A DNA stretch of 64,000 bases from an uncultured bacterium (GTDB taxonomy: Bacteria; Pseudomonadota; Alphaproteobacteria; Sphingomonadales; Sphingomonadaceae): NCBI GenBank assembly GCA_942636505.2, contig CALOGB020000012.1, positions 2,657 through 66,656 on the forward strand, read 5' to 3'. The translations under genes were made by a program, and so were the position numbers. The notes under the pieces are model-generated. The model ran no database searches, had not been told where the DNA came from, and saw only the letters and a program-made list of their open reading frames with translations. Shown here piece after piece: positions 12,674-22,382 of the stretch. Numbering within the stretch: position 1 is the first letter of the stretch; each line of letters opens with the position of its first letter.

Positions 12674-12795
12674 GAAGCGGGAGATGGCGTTCGTTGCCGT
12701 CTCCGGGGAAGCTATCGGCATTGCATCAACACGAGCATCGGCAACTTCCAACGCCGCGAGTGCTTGTTGTCGAGAACGCGCTCCCCACCAAAGCA

Positions 12796-12899
12796 CCACC
12801 CCGGCGGAGGCCGGGGCCCAATTGGGGAAGCTAGCTAACGAAGCGCTTCCCTAAGTTACGCCGACCTTTCCAATTGGGCCCCGGCCTTCGCCGGGGTGG
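12796..12899. repeat. 104-bp MITE-like element with terminal inverted repeats, family C, copy 1
   Basis: CCACCCCGGCGGAGGCCGGGGCCCAATTGG, a 43-nt spacer, then CCAATTGGGCCCCGGCCTTCGCCGGGGTGG. The spacer is the reverse complement of the copy-2 spacer. Confidence 0.85.
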
Positions 12900-12920
12900 A
12901 CAAACTACTGGGGTAAACCC

Positions 12921-13868
12921 TCACCCAGCCGCAAACGCAGCCCTTACAAACCGCGCACACGCCTCAGGCGCAGTGATCGGGATCATGTGCCCGCCCTCGA
13001 TCGTGTCGATCTTAGCCCCGGGAATAACTGCCGCAGTCCGGTGACCATTCCAGGCCGGGTCGAGAATAGCATCCTGCCGCCCGAACAGGATCCGCACCGG
13101 CACGTCGATATCCGCATACCGCCCCACCATAGCCGTCACATCGTCGTTCGCCCCGGCAAGATCTGCCGCCGCCGCCGCGATCGCGATCGGCCGAGCCGAC
13201 AGCGCACCACCGCCCCGCGTCACGAAATCTTCCGGCACCGCCTCGGGCGCGAATATGCCTTCGAGCGTCCTCTTCGCGGTCAACCGACTCAGCGGCGTGC
13301 CGAGCACCTGCGCGAACGCCAGGCGGGCACCCGCGGGAATACGCGCGAGCCCGCGGAAACTCTCCGGCACCTGCTCCAACGGCTGCGTCAACGGTGCGAT
13401 CAAAGCCAGCGCGCGGACCAGATGCGGATGGTCGAGCCCGACCGCGAGGCTGAGCGCACCGCCCAGCGAATGCCCGACCAGCAACGGCCGATCGAGCCCG
13501 AGCTTCTGGATGAAGTCGGCGATGATCGCGCCCTGCCCGATGATCCCCGGCATCGCTCCCGTCGCGGTCGAATAGCCCGACCCCGGCCGATCGACGACGA
13601 TCACGCGGTAGTCGTCCTTGAGCAGGTCGACGAGCGCGTAGCTAAAATTGCGCAACTGCCCGGCGAGCCCGTGGACCATGACGATCGCCGGCCCGCTGCC
13701 GACATCGATATAGTGCAGCCGAGCGCCCGCGACGTCGAGAAAGCGCCCTTCCGCCGGCACCAGGTCCTCGGCAAGCCGCGCGACGCGGCTCGAATAGAGC
13801 GACAGCCCGATCCCCGATACCGCCGCCAGCAGCGCCCCGCCGATCAATCGCTTGCCCGTCCGTTTCAT
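12921..13868 (-). CDS. alpha/beta hydrolase with N-terminal membrane anchor/signal
   Basis: Nucleophile elbow VGHSLGGAL and VMVHGL oxyanion region. AAGGAG lies 6 nt upstream of ATG 13868. Confidence 0.85.
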   Translation of the reverse strand: MKRTGKRLIGGALLAAVSGIGLSLYSSRVARLAEDLVPAEGRFLDVAGARLHYIDVGSGPAIVMVHGLAGQLRNFSYALVDLLKDDYRVIVVDRPGSGYSTATGAMPGIIGQGAIIADFIQKLGLDRPLLVGHSLGGALSLAVGLDHPHLVRALALIAPLTQPLEQVPESFRGLARIPAGARLAFAQVLGTPLSRLTAKRTLEGIFAPEAVPEDFVTRGGGALSARPIAIAAAAADLAGANDDVTAMVGRYADIDVPVRILFGRQDAILDPAWNGHRTAAVIPGAKIDTIEGGHMIPITAPEACARFVRAAFAAG

Positions 13869-13947
13869 AGCCATCTCCTTCAAATCCTTAGTGCGCTGAA
13901 CGCCCGGCCTTGTCCAATGTCGCAGCCGCCCGCGCAGGGAACTCGTC

Positions 13948-14916
13948 GTGGCCACCAAACGTCCGACCCGCGAAGGAGATGCGCCGGTGGATCCACAGGC
14001 TCGAACGATACTCGACACGATACAGACGCTCGCCCCGGACGCCGATCCGCACGCGGACGACGCACAGTGGCTGGCCGACTTCCGCTACCAGACGGCGTTG
14101 CTGAAGACCTTCTCGGGCGATCCGGAACCGGTCCATGCGATCACGCACCTCATGCTGCCGTCCGAGTCCGGACCGCTGACTGTCCGGCTCTATCGCCCGA
14201 AGCCTGGCCCGTTGCCGCTGCTGCTGCACATCCACGGCGGCGGCGCGATCGCCGGGTCGATCGACGGCCATGATCCGGCGTTGCGCGCGCTGGCGAACCG
14301 GACCGGCTGGCTGGTCGCCGCGCCTGCCTATCGCCTGGCGCCCGAACACCGCTTCCCCGCGCAACTCGACGATAGCTGGACGGCGTTGCAAGGCCTCGTC
14401 GCGCAAGCCGGCGCTCTAGATATCGACCTGTCTCGGATCGTCGTCTCCGGGGACAGTATTGGCGGTACGCTCGCGACCGCCCTCGCCTCCCGCGCAGCGT
14501 CCGAAGGCGGACCAGCGCTACACGGCCAGATCCTGCTCTACCCGAACACCGACCTGCGCCGCGATACCGCCTACCCGTCGCGCCAAAGCGAAGACGGCAA
14601 CATCATCGATGCGAAGTCGCTGGAACAGCAGATCGACCTGTACCTAGCCTCGGACGCAGACCGAAACGACCCGCGCGCGTCTCCCATCTTGGCAGGTGAC
14701 CTCGCTGCCCTGCCCCCGACGCTGCTGGTATCCTGCGAGAACGACCCGCTACGCGACGAGGGCGAAGCCTATGGCCAGCGCCTGCGCGACGCGGGCGTCA
14801 CCGTCGACCACGACCGGTTCGACGGCATGATCCACGCGTTTCTACAAATGGGCGGCAGGCTGAACGCGACGAACAGGCTGCTCGATCGCATCGCCCGTTG
14901 GCTCGACGCCCGATGA
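13948..14916 (+). CDS. alpha/beta-fold esterase/lipase (HSL / family IV type)
   Basis: HIHGGGAI (HGGG oxyanion motif), GDSIGG nucleophile elbow, DPLRDEG, and His in MIHAF. Confidence 0.85.
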   Translation: MATKRPTREGDAPVDPQARTILDTIQTLAPDADPHADDAQWLADFRYQTALLKTFSGDPEPVHAITHLMLPSESGPLTVRLYRPKPGPLPLLLHIHGGGAIAGSIDGHDPALRALANRTGWLVAAPAYRLAPEHRFPAQLDDSWTALQGLVAQAGALDIDLSRIVVSGDSIGGTLATALASRAASEGGPALHGQILLYPNTDLRRDTAYPSRQSEDGNIIDAKSLEQQIDLYLASDADRNDPRASPILAGDLAALPPTLLVSCENDPLRDEGEAYGQRLRDAGVTVDHDRFDGMIHAFLQMGGRLNATNRLLDRIARWLDAR

Positions 14917-14925
14917 TAGGAAAAA

Positions 14926-15002
14926 TGGTGCACCCAGAGCGATTCGAACGCCCGACCCTCAGATTCGTAGTCTGATGCTCTATCCAGCTGAGCTATGGGT
15001 GC
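14926..15002 (-). tRNA. tRNA-Arg (anticodon ACG)
   Basis: Reverse complement is GCACCCATAGCTCAGCTGGATAGAGCATCAGACTACGAATCTGAGGGTCGGGCGTTCGAATCGCTCTGGGTGCACCA. It folds as a cloverleaf with anticodon loop CU-ACG-AA and an encoded CCA. Confidence 0.95.
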
Positions 15003-15052
15003 ATCGCCGTACCGTGACCGGTTCGACAAGCCCGCCGTGAAGCGGAAAATCC

Positions 15053-15129
15053 TGGTGCACCCAGAGCGATTCGAACGCCCGACCCTCAGATTCGTAGTCT
15101 GATGCTCTATCCAGCTGAGCTATGGGTGC
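15053..15129 (-). tRNA. tRNA-Arg (anticodon ACG), tandem identical copy
   Basis: Identical 77-nt sequence 50 nt after the first copy. Confidence 0.95.
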
Positions 15130-15223
15130 ACTGGAGGGGCGCTGATAGCAGGCATTTTCGGGGGCGCAAGGGCGTAGCGCGATAAAGTTGTGTCCCGCGA
15201 CGCGGACGCATAGAGCGGCGGGC

Positions 15224-15733
15224 ATGAAACTCGCCGCTCCGCTCCGCTCGCTGTCGCTCCTCGCCTTGCTCGCAGCGTCCGCGTGCAGCAAGGATACCAC
15301 CGCCTATCCGTCGCTCGGCCTACGCCCGGTCGAGAAGCTCGGATTCGCCGAGCCCGAGGTGAAGACCGCGGTGGCCGCGCCCGATCCTGCGCTCGATGCG
15401 GATATCCGGACGATATCGGGCAAGCTCGATGCGATCGCCACCGGCTTCACGCGCGATGCGGCCAAGGCGGAGGCGCTGGCACGGACCGCACGCGGCGCCG
15501 CAGTCGGCAGCGACGCGTGGCTAGCCGCACAGACCGCTCTCGCCGGCCTCGACGACTGGCGCGCGCAATCCTCTGCTCTGGTAACGGACATCGAACAACG
15601 CGCCACCGATCGCGCCGCCAAGCTGCAGCCCGACTATCCGGCGCTGGTCACGATCCGCGACAAGGCACAGGCGGAAAACGATCGCCAAGGCGCCACGATC
15701 ACGCGCATCCAGGCAAGCCTCCCCGCCGCTTGA
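15224..15733 (+). CDS. hypothetical lipoprotein
   Basis: MKLAAPLRSLSLLALLAASAC carries a lipobox (LAASAC). The body is Ala-rich and helical. Confidence 0.55.
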   Translation: MKLAAPLRSLSLLALLAASACSKDTTAYPSLGLRPVEKLGFAEPEVKTAVAAPDPALDADIRTISGKLDAIATGFTRDAAKAEALARTARGAAVGSDAWLAAQTALAGLDDWRAQSSALVTDIEQRATDRAAKLQPDYPALVTIRDKAQAENDRQGATITRIQASLPAA

Positions 15734-15775
15734 TCCACTGCTGATCCTCGCCCGACAGGGGGGAGGATCAGAACG

Positions 15776-18016
15776 CTAGAACCCCTTCAGCAACGGCAGG
15801 ATCGTCGAATAATCGTCGGTCCACGCGGTGAAGCCGTTGCGCGGCACCAGCGGTGCCCACTCGGGATCACCCGACCGCAACGCGGCAATCGCACGCGGAT
15901 CGCGCGACAACGCCACCCAGTCCGACGCAGACGCCCGATCGACCAGCAAGCTCGACGGGCGATATTTCAGCTCGACCGCAGTCCACCCGCCCTCGCGCGC
16001 CGCCGCCGCGATCACCGGCTCGAGATCGATGAACCGGTTGGAGATATGCGCCAGTAACAGGCCGCGCGGCGATAGCACCCGACCATAGGTCGCGAACGCC
16101 TCGCGCGTCATCAGGTGCATCGGCACCGAATCCGAAGAGAACGCATCGAGCGCGAGCAGGTCGAGACTGTCGGCCTCGTCATGCCCGAGCGCGATCCGCG
16201 CATCGCCCATCCGGATCTCCGACTTGGGCAGGCACCGCGACAGATAGGTAAACTGCCCGGTATCGCGCGCAATCCGCACCACCGCCGGATCGATCTCGTA
16301 GAACCGCCAGCGCTGCCCCGGCCGCGCATAGCAGGAGAGCGTCCCCGTCCCGAGCCCGACCACACCGATCCGCGCCTGCGGGCCGTACAAGGCAGGCGCG
16401 GCTCGCATCGCCTGCCCCACGCCCGATCCGACCGCGTAATAGGTCGTCGGCGTCCGCTCGCGCTCAGGCGAACCGCGCAACTGGATGCCGTGCACCGTCG
16501 TCCCATGATCGAGTTCGCGCGTGCCGCCGTTCGGCCCCGGCTCGTCTCGCACGGTGTAGACGCCGAAATAACTTCGCACCCGCGCGCCCGGATCGAGCGA
16601 GAACTCGAGCGACCGATACCCGCCGAACAGCACCAGCGAACCCGCCAGTACGACCATGTACGGCCGCCGCGCGCCGATCGCGACGAATCCGATCGCCGCT
16701 ATCACCAGGAACACAAGGCCCTGCCGCCCCTCGCCGAACACGCCATCGGGATTGCCGATCCGCAATGCGGTAAGGATGACCAACGCCACGACGATCGCGA
16801 GCAACGCGCCATGTTTCGCTGGCCCCTTGCCCATCCAAAGCGAGCGAAACCGTCCGAACAAATAAATCTGCGGCACCAGCGCACCCGCCGCGAGGATCAG
16901 CAGCGGATACTCATACGTCCAGTCGAACACCACCGGCGCCACCAGCGCAGCAAACACGCCACCGAGCGCACCACCCGCCGACATCGCAAGATAGAAGCCG
17001 GTCAGACGATCCGGCGCCGGCCGCTTGCGGTACAGCGTGGTGTGCAGCGCGACCGAGATCATGAACAGCAGCACCAGCGCGATCCCCGCGCTGAAGAACG
17101 GCCGCTCGTTGACCCCGCCCATGATGATCCCGCCAAACAGCAGAATCGTGATCGGAGCGATCCGCGTCAGCAGGTCGGCGAGCCAGCGATCATTCGCAAA
17201 CGCCACGCTGAAGCTCAGCAGGTACAGTCCGAGCGGGATCACCCACAGCAGCGGCATCGCGACGATATCGGTGGTAATGTACGTCGACGTCGCCAGCATC
17301 ATCCCCGACGGCACGAGCGCCAGCGCGATCCAATGCGCGATCCGCCGCGCGCCCGGCGGCGCGCTGGTCGCGGCGACATGATCGACAGCTGCGGTCTTGG
17401 GCAAGCGCGTGGCGCAGGCGAGCACCAGCATGATCAGCAGCAGATAGCCGCCGCTCCAAAGCAAGCTCTGCCCGTGCACCGCCATCAACGGCTCGACCAG
17501 CAACGGGTACGCGATCAGCCCCGCGAAACTGCCGAGATTGGACGCGGCATACAGCGCATAGGGATCGCCGCCGCCGCTCGCCGCGCTGAACCAGCGCTGG
17601 ATCAGCGGCGCCTGCGCGGAGACCGCAAAGAACAACGGTCCGATCGACAATCCGAGCAGCCACGGCACCCACAAGGCCGGCAACGCATCCGCCGGCAGGT
17701 CCATCGCGATCAACCCGATCGGCAACCACAGTGCCGCGACGATCAGCACGCCAAGGTGGATCGCCGCCTGCGCCCGCGGCCGCACCCGCCCGAGCCAATG
17801 CGCATACGCATAGCCCGCGAGCAGCAACGCCTGGTACACCAGCATCGCCGAGTTCCACACCGCCGGCGCGCCACCCAGCCGCGGCAACGCCATCCGCGCC
17901 ACCATCGGCTGGACGAGGAACAACAGGAACGAGCCCGTCAGGATCGTCGCGACGAACATCGTCCGGCACCAGCGCGCCATCAGCGGCTGGTCTTCGATCG
18001 ATACGGTCTCAGACAT
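15776..18016 (-). CDS. polytopic membrane protein fused to a spermidine-synthase-like methyltransferase-fold domain
   Basis: About 14 hydrophobic segments, then GVVGLGTGTLSCY...YEIDPAVV...LDAFSSDSVPMHL (PABS-like Rossmann). Start ATG 18016 was chosen to limit overlap with the upstream GNAT gene. Confidence 0.7.
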   Translation of the reverse strand: MSETVSIEDQPLMARWCRTMFVATILTGSFLLFLVQPMVARMALPRLGGAPAVWNSAMLVYQALLLAGYAYAHWLGRVRPRAQAAIHLGVLIVAALWLPIGLIAMDLPADALPALWVPWLLGLSIGPLFFAVSAQAPLIQRWFSAASGGGDPYALYAASNLGSFAGLIAYPLLVEPLMAVHGQSLLWSGGYLLLIMLVLACATRLPKTAAVDHVAATSAPPGARRIAHWIALALVPSGMMLATSTYITTDIVAMPLLWVIPLGLYLLSFSVAFANDRWLADLLTRIAPITILLFGGIIMGGVNERPFFSAGIALVLLFMISVALHTTLYRKRPAPDRLTGFYLAMSAGGALGGVFAALVAPVVFDWTYEYPLLILAAGALVPQIYLFGRFRSLWMGKGPAKHGALLAIVVALVILTALRIGNPDGVFGEGRQGLVFLVIAAIGFVAIGARRPYMVVLAGSLVLFGGYRSLEFSLDPGARVRSYFGVYTVRDEPGPNGGTRELDHGTTVHGIQLRGSPERERTPTTYYAVGSGVGQAMRAAPALYGPQARIGVVGLGTGTLSCYARPGQRWRFYEIDPAVVRIARDTGQFTYLSRCLPKSEIRMGDARIALGHDEADSLDLLALDAFSSDSVPMHLMTREAFATYGRVLSPRGLLLAHISNRFIDLEPVIAAAAREGGWTAVELKYRPSSLLVDRASASDWVALSRDPRAIAALRSGDPEWAPLVPRNGFTAWTDDYSTILPLLKGF

Positions 18017-18548
18017 AAGCGGGGCGATCGATCCGGTAGAGAACATGCCGACGAAGCGGGTCGTCTTCGGCGAGCTTCGGGTGGTCAAAATCGCCGTCGA
18101 CCACGCGGGTCATCCCGAGCCGCTCCATGAGCGCACGGCTGGCCGTGTTTGCAGGGACGGTGATCGCCCAGACCGTCGGCAAGTCCATCTCATGCCAACC
18201 CCAGGCGAGGGAAGCCTCCGCTGCCTCCGATGCGTATCCCCGCCCCCATTCGCTCTGGACGAGACTCCAGCCGATCTCGGGTTTCCCGTCGATCGGCGTA
18301 CCGACCGGGCCGGGCTTGATCCCGCACCAGCCAATGAACGCGCCGGTATCCCGTCGTTCGAGCACCCAGAAGCACGCGCCGTAGTCGGCGAACATCGCCT
18401 TCTGGCGTGCCACCACCGCGGCGGACTCGGCCAGCGTCGGCGCCGGCCCGAGATACGCCATCACCGCCGGATCGGCGCACATCGCATGATGCAAGGCGGC
18501 ATCGTCGTCACGCCAGCCGCGCAAGATCAGCCGTTCGGTCTGGATCAT
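18009..18548 (-). CDS. GNAT family N-acetyltransferase
   Basis: MIQTERLILRGW...WGRGYASEAAEASLAWG is a RimJ/RimL-like pattern. ATGA overlap with the hemB stop. Confidence 0.85.
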   Translation of the reverse strand: MIQTERLILRGWRDDDAALHHAMCADPAVMAYLGPAPTLAESAAVVARQKAMFADYGACFWVLERRDTGAFIGWCGIKPGPVGTPIDGKPEIGWSLVQSEWGRGYASEAAEASLAWGWHEMDLPTVWAITVPANTASRALMERLGMTRVVDGDFDHPKLAEDDPLRRHVLYRIDRPAYV

Positions 18549-19537
18549 CCGCCGAGCAATTTGGCCGCATGCGCCGCGTGATAGGTCAGCACGCCCGAGC
18601 AACCCGCGCGCTTGAACGACATCAGCGTCTCCAGCACCATCACGTCGCGCTCCGCCGCGCCCGCCGCGACCGCGTGCTCGATCATCGCGTATTCGCCTGA
18701 CACCTGGTACGCGAACACCGGCACCTCGAACGCCTGGCGGACGCGGACGATGATGTCGAGGTACGGCAGGCCGGGCTTGACCATCACCGTGTCGGCGCCC
18801 TCCGCCAGGTCCATCGCGACCTCTCGCAAGGCCTCTTCGGCGTTGGCGTTGTCCATCTGGTACGTCTTCTTGTCGCCCTTCAGCAGACCGCGCGAGCCGA
18901 CCGCATCGCGGAACGGGCCGTAGAACGCGCTGGCGTACTTGGCGGCGTAGGACATGATCTGGACGTTGTGGTGCGAGTCCGCCTCAAGCGCGCTGCGGAT
19001 CATGCCGATCCGCCCGTCCATCATGTCCGACGGCGCGATGATGTCGGCGCCCGCGTTCGCCTGGTTCAAGGCCTGCGCGACGAGCATCTCGGCGGTCGTG
19101 TCGTTGACGACATAGCCAGCCGCGTCGACCAGCCCGTCATGGCCGTGACTCGTATACGGATCGAGCGCGACGTCGGTCAGCACGCCGACCTCGGGCACGG
19201 CGTCCTTCAATGCGCGGATCGCCTGGCACATCAGATTGTCGGGGTTCAGCGCCTCACGACCGTCCTCGGTCCTACGCTCGACCTGCGTGTACGGGAACAG
19301 CGCGATGCACGGGATGCCGAGGTCGCGCGCCTCGCGGCCACGCGCGACGATCCCGTCGACCGACCAGCGCGACACGCCCGGCAGGCTGGCGATCGGTTGC
19401 TCGACGCCGGCTCCTTCGGTGACGAACAACGGCCAGATCAGGTCGGCGGGCGTCAGCACGGTCTCGGCATGGAGGCGGCGGCTCCAGGCGGAGGCGCGGG
19501 TGCGACGGAGGCGAAGCGCGGGATAGCTTGCGGTCAT
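18545..19537 (-). CDS. hemB: porphobilinogen synthase (delta-aminolevulinate dehydratase)
   Basis: DVALDPYTSHGHDG (Asp-rich metal site), APSDMMDGR, YASAFYGPFRDA, VMVKPG and YQVSGEYAM. Confidence 0.95.
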   Translation of the reverse strand: MTASYPALRLRRTRASAWSRRLHAETVLTPADLIWPLFVTEGAGVEQPIASLPGVSRWSVDGIVARGREARDLGIPCIALFPYTQVERRTEDGREALNPDNLMCQAIRALKDAVPEVGVLTDVALDPYTSHGHDGLVDAAGYVVNDTTAEMLVAQALNQANAGADIIAPSDMMDGRIGMIRSALEADSHHNVQIMSYAAKYASAFYGPFRDAVGSRGLLKGDKKTYQMDNANAEEALREVAMDLAEGADTVMVKPGLPYLDIIVRVRQAFEVPVFAYQVSGEYAMIEHAVAAGAAERDVMVLETLMSFKRAGCSGVLTYHAAHAAKLLGG

Positions 19538-19629
19538 GCGGCGGGCTTTGCGGGATGCGCGGCGACGGATCAAGTTTTACGGGCGAAGCGTTACGGGTGC
19601 GAAACCGCATGCCGTGCGTTGGGGGCCTT

Positions 19630-20514
19630 ATGTCGAACGATACGATCACGTCCGCCGCGCTCGTCGTCAACGCCAAGTCGCGCAAGGGTCAGAAGCTGTT
19701 CAAGCGCGCATGTGCGGCGATGTCGGGGCTGCCCTATGAGGTCGACGCGCATGCGGTCGAGGACCCCAAGGACCTCGAGGCGACGGTGCTAAGGGCGCTC
19801 GCGAAGAAGCCCGACCTGCTCATTCTCGGCGGCGGCGACGGCACGGTCAGCGGGTTGGTCGACCTGATGGTCGGCCACGACGTGATCCTCGGCGTGCTGC
19901 CGCTCGGCACCGCCAACAGTTTTGCGCGTACGCTCGGAATTCCATTGAATATCGAAGGCGCGGTCGAAGTGATCCGCACCGGCAAGCCTCGGCGGATCGA
20001 TCTCGGTATGATCGACGGCGATTATTTCGCGAACTGCGCCGCGATGGGCATCAGCCCCAAGATTGCCGAGACGGTCCCGCACGGGTTGAAGAAGGTCTTC
20101 GGCAAGGTCGGCTATCTGGCCTGGGCAACGTATCAATACATGCGCTTCCGCCCGTTCACGCTGATCGTCGGCGAAGGCCCGACCGCAGTGAAGATCCGCG
20201 TCGTCGAGGTGCGGATCTCGAACGGGCCGTATCATGGCGGCACCGAACTGGTGGATGCGGCGGCGGTCGATTCGGGCGAGATCGTGGTGCAGGCGGTGAT
20301 GGGGCATGTGAAGCGGCGGCTGGTGCAGAACTGGTATGCCAGCGTGTTCCGGCTGGAGTCACGGCACGAGAAGGTGCGCGATTTTCGGGGGAAGAGCCTG
20401 AAGATCAACACGATCCCGCCATTGCCGATCTCGATCGACGGCGAGGTGCTGGCGAAGACCCCGGTGACGGCCAAGGTCGCAGCCGGGATCATCCGGGTGA
20501 TGGCACCAGCCTGA
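19630..20514 (+). CDS. diacylglycerol/lipid kinase family protein (YegS-like)
   Basis: VVNAKSRKG, LILGGGDGTVSG and LPLGTANSFAR. Confidence 0.85.
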   Translation: MSNDTITSAALVVNAKSRKGQKLFKRACAAMSGLPYEVDAHAVEDPKDLEATVLRALAKKPDLLILGGGDGTVSGLVDLMVGHDVILGVLPLGTANSFARTLGIPLNIEGAVEVIRTGKPRRIDLGMIDGDYFANCAAMGISPKIAETVPHGLKKVFGKVGYLAWATYQYMRFRPFTLIVGEGPTAVKIRVVEVRISNGPYHGGTELVDAAAVDSGEIVVQAVMGHVKRRLVQNWYASVFRLESRHEKVRDFRGKSLKINTIPPLPISIDGEVLAKTPVTAKVAAGIIRVMAPA

Positions 20515-20538
20515 GGGCGAAGGCCAGCCCCCGCCCCC

Positions 20539-20595
20539 TTGTTCTCCCGCGAAGGCGGGAGCCCAGTCTGGGTCCCCGCCTTCGCGGGGAAACAA
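20539..20595. repeat. family B palindromic element, copy 3
   Basis: Same sequence as 2181-2237. Confidence 0.9.
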
Positions 20596-20623
20596 TTTGG
20601 TGGCGGGATTACCTATCCTCACA

Positions 20624-20727
20624 CCACCCCGGCGAAGGCCGGGGCCCAATTGGAAAGGTCGGAGTAACTGATCGCAATCCTACGTTAGCAACGTTCCTCA
20701 ATTGGGCCCCGGCCTCCGCCGGGGTGG
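20624..20727. repeat. family C MITE-like element, copy 2 (opposite orientation)
   Basis: Same terminal inverted repeats as 12796-12899. The internal spacer is inverted relative to copy 1. Confidence 0.85.
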
Positions 20728-20741
20728 AAGCTGAGGTGGGC

Positions 20742-21362
20742 TTACTTCACCCTACGCATGGTCAAAATCTTAACCGGCGCAGCAATCATCTGCCCCTTCA
20801 TCACGCCAACCCCAGCAGTCGGCGAAGTCGGCGCAGCAAGAATCCGCTTCACCACATCCATCCCCTCGACAACATGCCCGAACGCCGCGAACCCAGCCGT
20901 ATCTCCACTCCCCGTCGGGTTCGCGTCGAGCGACAACACCGGCCCGACCGTAATGAAGAAGTCCGCCGTAGCGCTCCCCGGCGCAAACCTTGCCATCGAG
21001 ATCGTCGCGTCAACATGCGACAACCCGGTCTGGCTGGTCGGCTCGTGCTTCACCGGCGGCAGCAGCCGCTTCGCATCACCCCGCGGCCCGCCCTGGATCA
21101 ACCCGGAATCCGCCCCGAGCTTCATCGCCCGGTAGAACGTAACCCCGTCGAGCCGCTTCTGGTCGACATAGCGCAGGAAATTCGCGGTCGTCAGCGGCGC
21201 ACGCTCCTTCTCCAGCGCCAGCGTGATCGGCCCCTCGCTCGTCGTCATCACGATCGAGACGGTCGCCGGAGCAACGGGCGGCGGCGCCGGCGGAGCCTCC
21301 TGCGCCGAGACGGAAACCGCGCCGAGGACGGCAAGAGCGAGCGTGACGAATCTGGAGATCAT
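20742..21362 (-). CDS. periplasmic cyclophilin-type peptidyl-prolyl isomerase
   Basis: Signal peptide MISRFVTLALAVLGAVSVSAQ, then TTANFLRYVDQKRLDGVTFYR...FFITVG...FGHVVEGMDVV. Confidence 0.9.
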   Translation of the reverse strand: MISRFVTLALAVLGAVSVSAQEAPPAPPPVAPATVSIVMTTSEGPITLALEKERAPLTTANFLRYVDQKRLDGVTFYRAMKLGADSGLIQGGPRGDAKRLLPPVKHEPTSQTGLSHVDATISMARFAPGSATADFFITVGPVLSLDANPTGSGDTAGFAAFGHVVEGMDVVKRILAAPTSPTAGVGVMKGQMIAAPVKILTMRRVK

Positions 21363-21476
21363 CCGCCACGCTACCGCGTCGCCCCCTTTCTGTCAGCGGC
21401 CCCGCGACACGATATTGCGCGCGGCAAAGTTTTGCTTGGGTTTGCACGCCCGCACGCAATGCGTATCCGGAGAGGG

Positions 21477-22382
21477 ATGACCGATCTCGCCATTCTCTAC
21501 GAGCACCCGCTCTGGTTCGAACCGCTGTTCGCCGCCCTCGACCGCCGCGGCGTCGCGTTCACCCGCGCGACACCCGACGGCTTCTGGAACCCCGCCGACC
21601 AGAGCGCCCCCGCCCCCGTCGTCTTCAACCGCATCGCGATGTCGAGCTTCCTGCGCAACGACGAGCATCCGATCTTCAACACGATGGCGATGCTCGATCA
21701 CTGGCGCCGCACCGGCGCACGCGTGATCAACGGCACCGACGTCCTCGCGATCGATGCCTCCAAGGCCCGCCAACTGTCACTGATCGCCTCGCTCGGTCTG
21801 GCGATCCCCGAGACCCGCGTCGTCCACCGCGCCGCCGACGTCGTCCCCGCCGCGCAGACGCTCCGCTTTCCGCTGGTCGTGAAGGCCAACATCGGCGGAT
21901 CAGGCGCAGGCATAATCCGCTTCGACAGCCTCGACGAACTCCGCACCGCCGTCGCTGACAGCGGCCTGCCAAGCAGCGTAGACGGCGTCCTGCTGGTCCA
22001 GGAATACGTCCCCGTCCGCGACGGCGCGATCACCCGGATCGAGACGCTCGACCGCAAGTTCCTCTACGCGATCGAGGTCGCCGGCGGCGGCGCGTTCGAT
22101 CTCTGCCCCGCGGACGCCTGCGTCGTCCCTGGCTCGGGCATCAGGATGGCCGCGGTCGAGCCCTCGCAGACCTTGAAGGACGCTGCCGAAGCGATCGCCC
22201 GCGCGGTCGATCTCGACGTAGGTGGCGTGGAAGTCATGATCGACGACCGCGACGGCGTCGCGCGTTTCTACGACATCAACGCACTGTCGAACTTCGTCGC
22301 CAAGCCCCTCGAAATGCTCGGCTGGGATCCGCACGACCGCCTCGTCGATTACCTGATCGAACACATCGAAAAGGCCCGCTGA
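21477..22382 (+). CDS. ATP-grasp domain protein (RimK-like fold)
   Basis: PLVVKANIGGSGAGI and LLVQEYV. GAGGG precedes ATG 21477. The 251 upstream codons of the tracked ORF are antisense to the PPIase gene. Confidence 0.7.
   Translation: MTDLAILYEHPLWFEPLFAALDRRGVAFTRATPDGFWNPADQSAPAPVVFNRIAMSSFLRNDEHPIFNTMAMLDHWRRTGARVINGTDVLAIDASKARQLSLIASLGLAIPETRVVHRAADVVPAAQTLRFPLVVKANIGGSGAGIIRFDSLDELRTAVADSGLPSSVDGVLLVQEYVPVRDGAITRIETLDRKFLYAIEVAGGGAFDLCPADACVVPGSGIRMAAVEPSQTLKDAAEAIARAVDLDVGGVEVMIDDRDGVARFYDINALSNFVAKPLEMLGWDPHDRLVDYLIEHIEKAR

Noticed and set aside
16115-18130. 671-aa ORF antisense to the membrane/spermidine-synthase-like gene
   Set aside because: Extreme Arg/Pro/His/Gln composition, no motifs, and it sits opposite a well-supported gene. 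It is a GC-driven artefact.
20724-21476. N-terminal 251 codons of the 552-aa tracked ORF. The same applies to 22573-23394 ahead of metN and 34352-34832 ahead of the glutaminase.
   Set aside because: These extensions are antisense to, or overlap, other well-supported genes. Their composition is junk-like. The real starts have an RBS and/or stop-start coupling further downstream.
21363-21476. Possible SAM-type riboswitch upstream of the ATP-grasp/LLM/metNIQ cluster (contains GGCAAAG...TTGC...GCACGCC...GCAATGCG)
   Set aside because: I cannot reproduce a SAM-II/SAM-V consensus or pseudoknot from memory with confidence. Only an Infernal/Rfam scan could support it.
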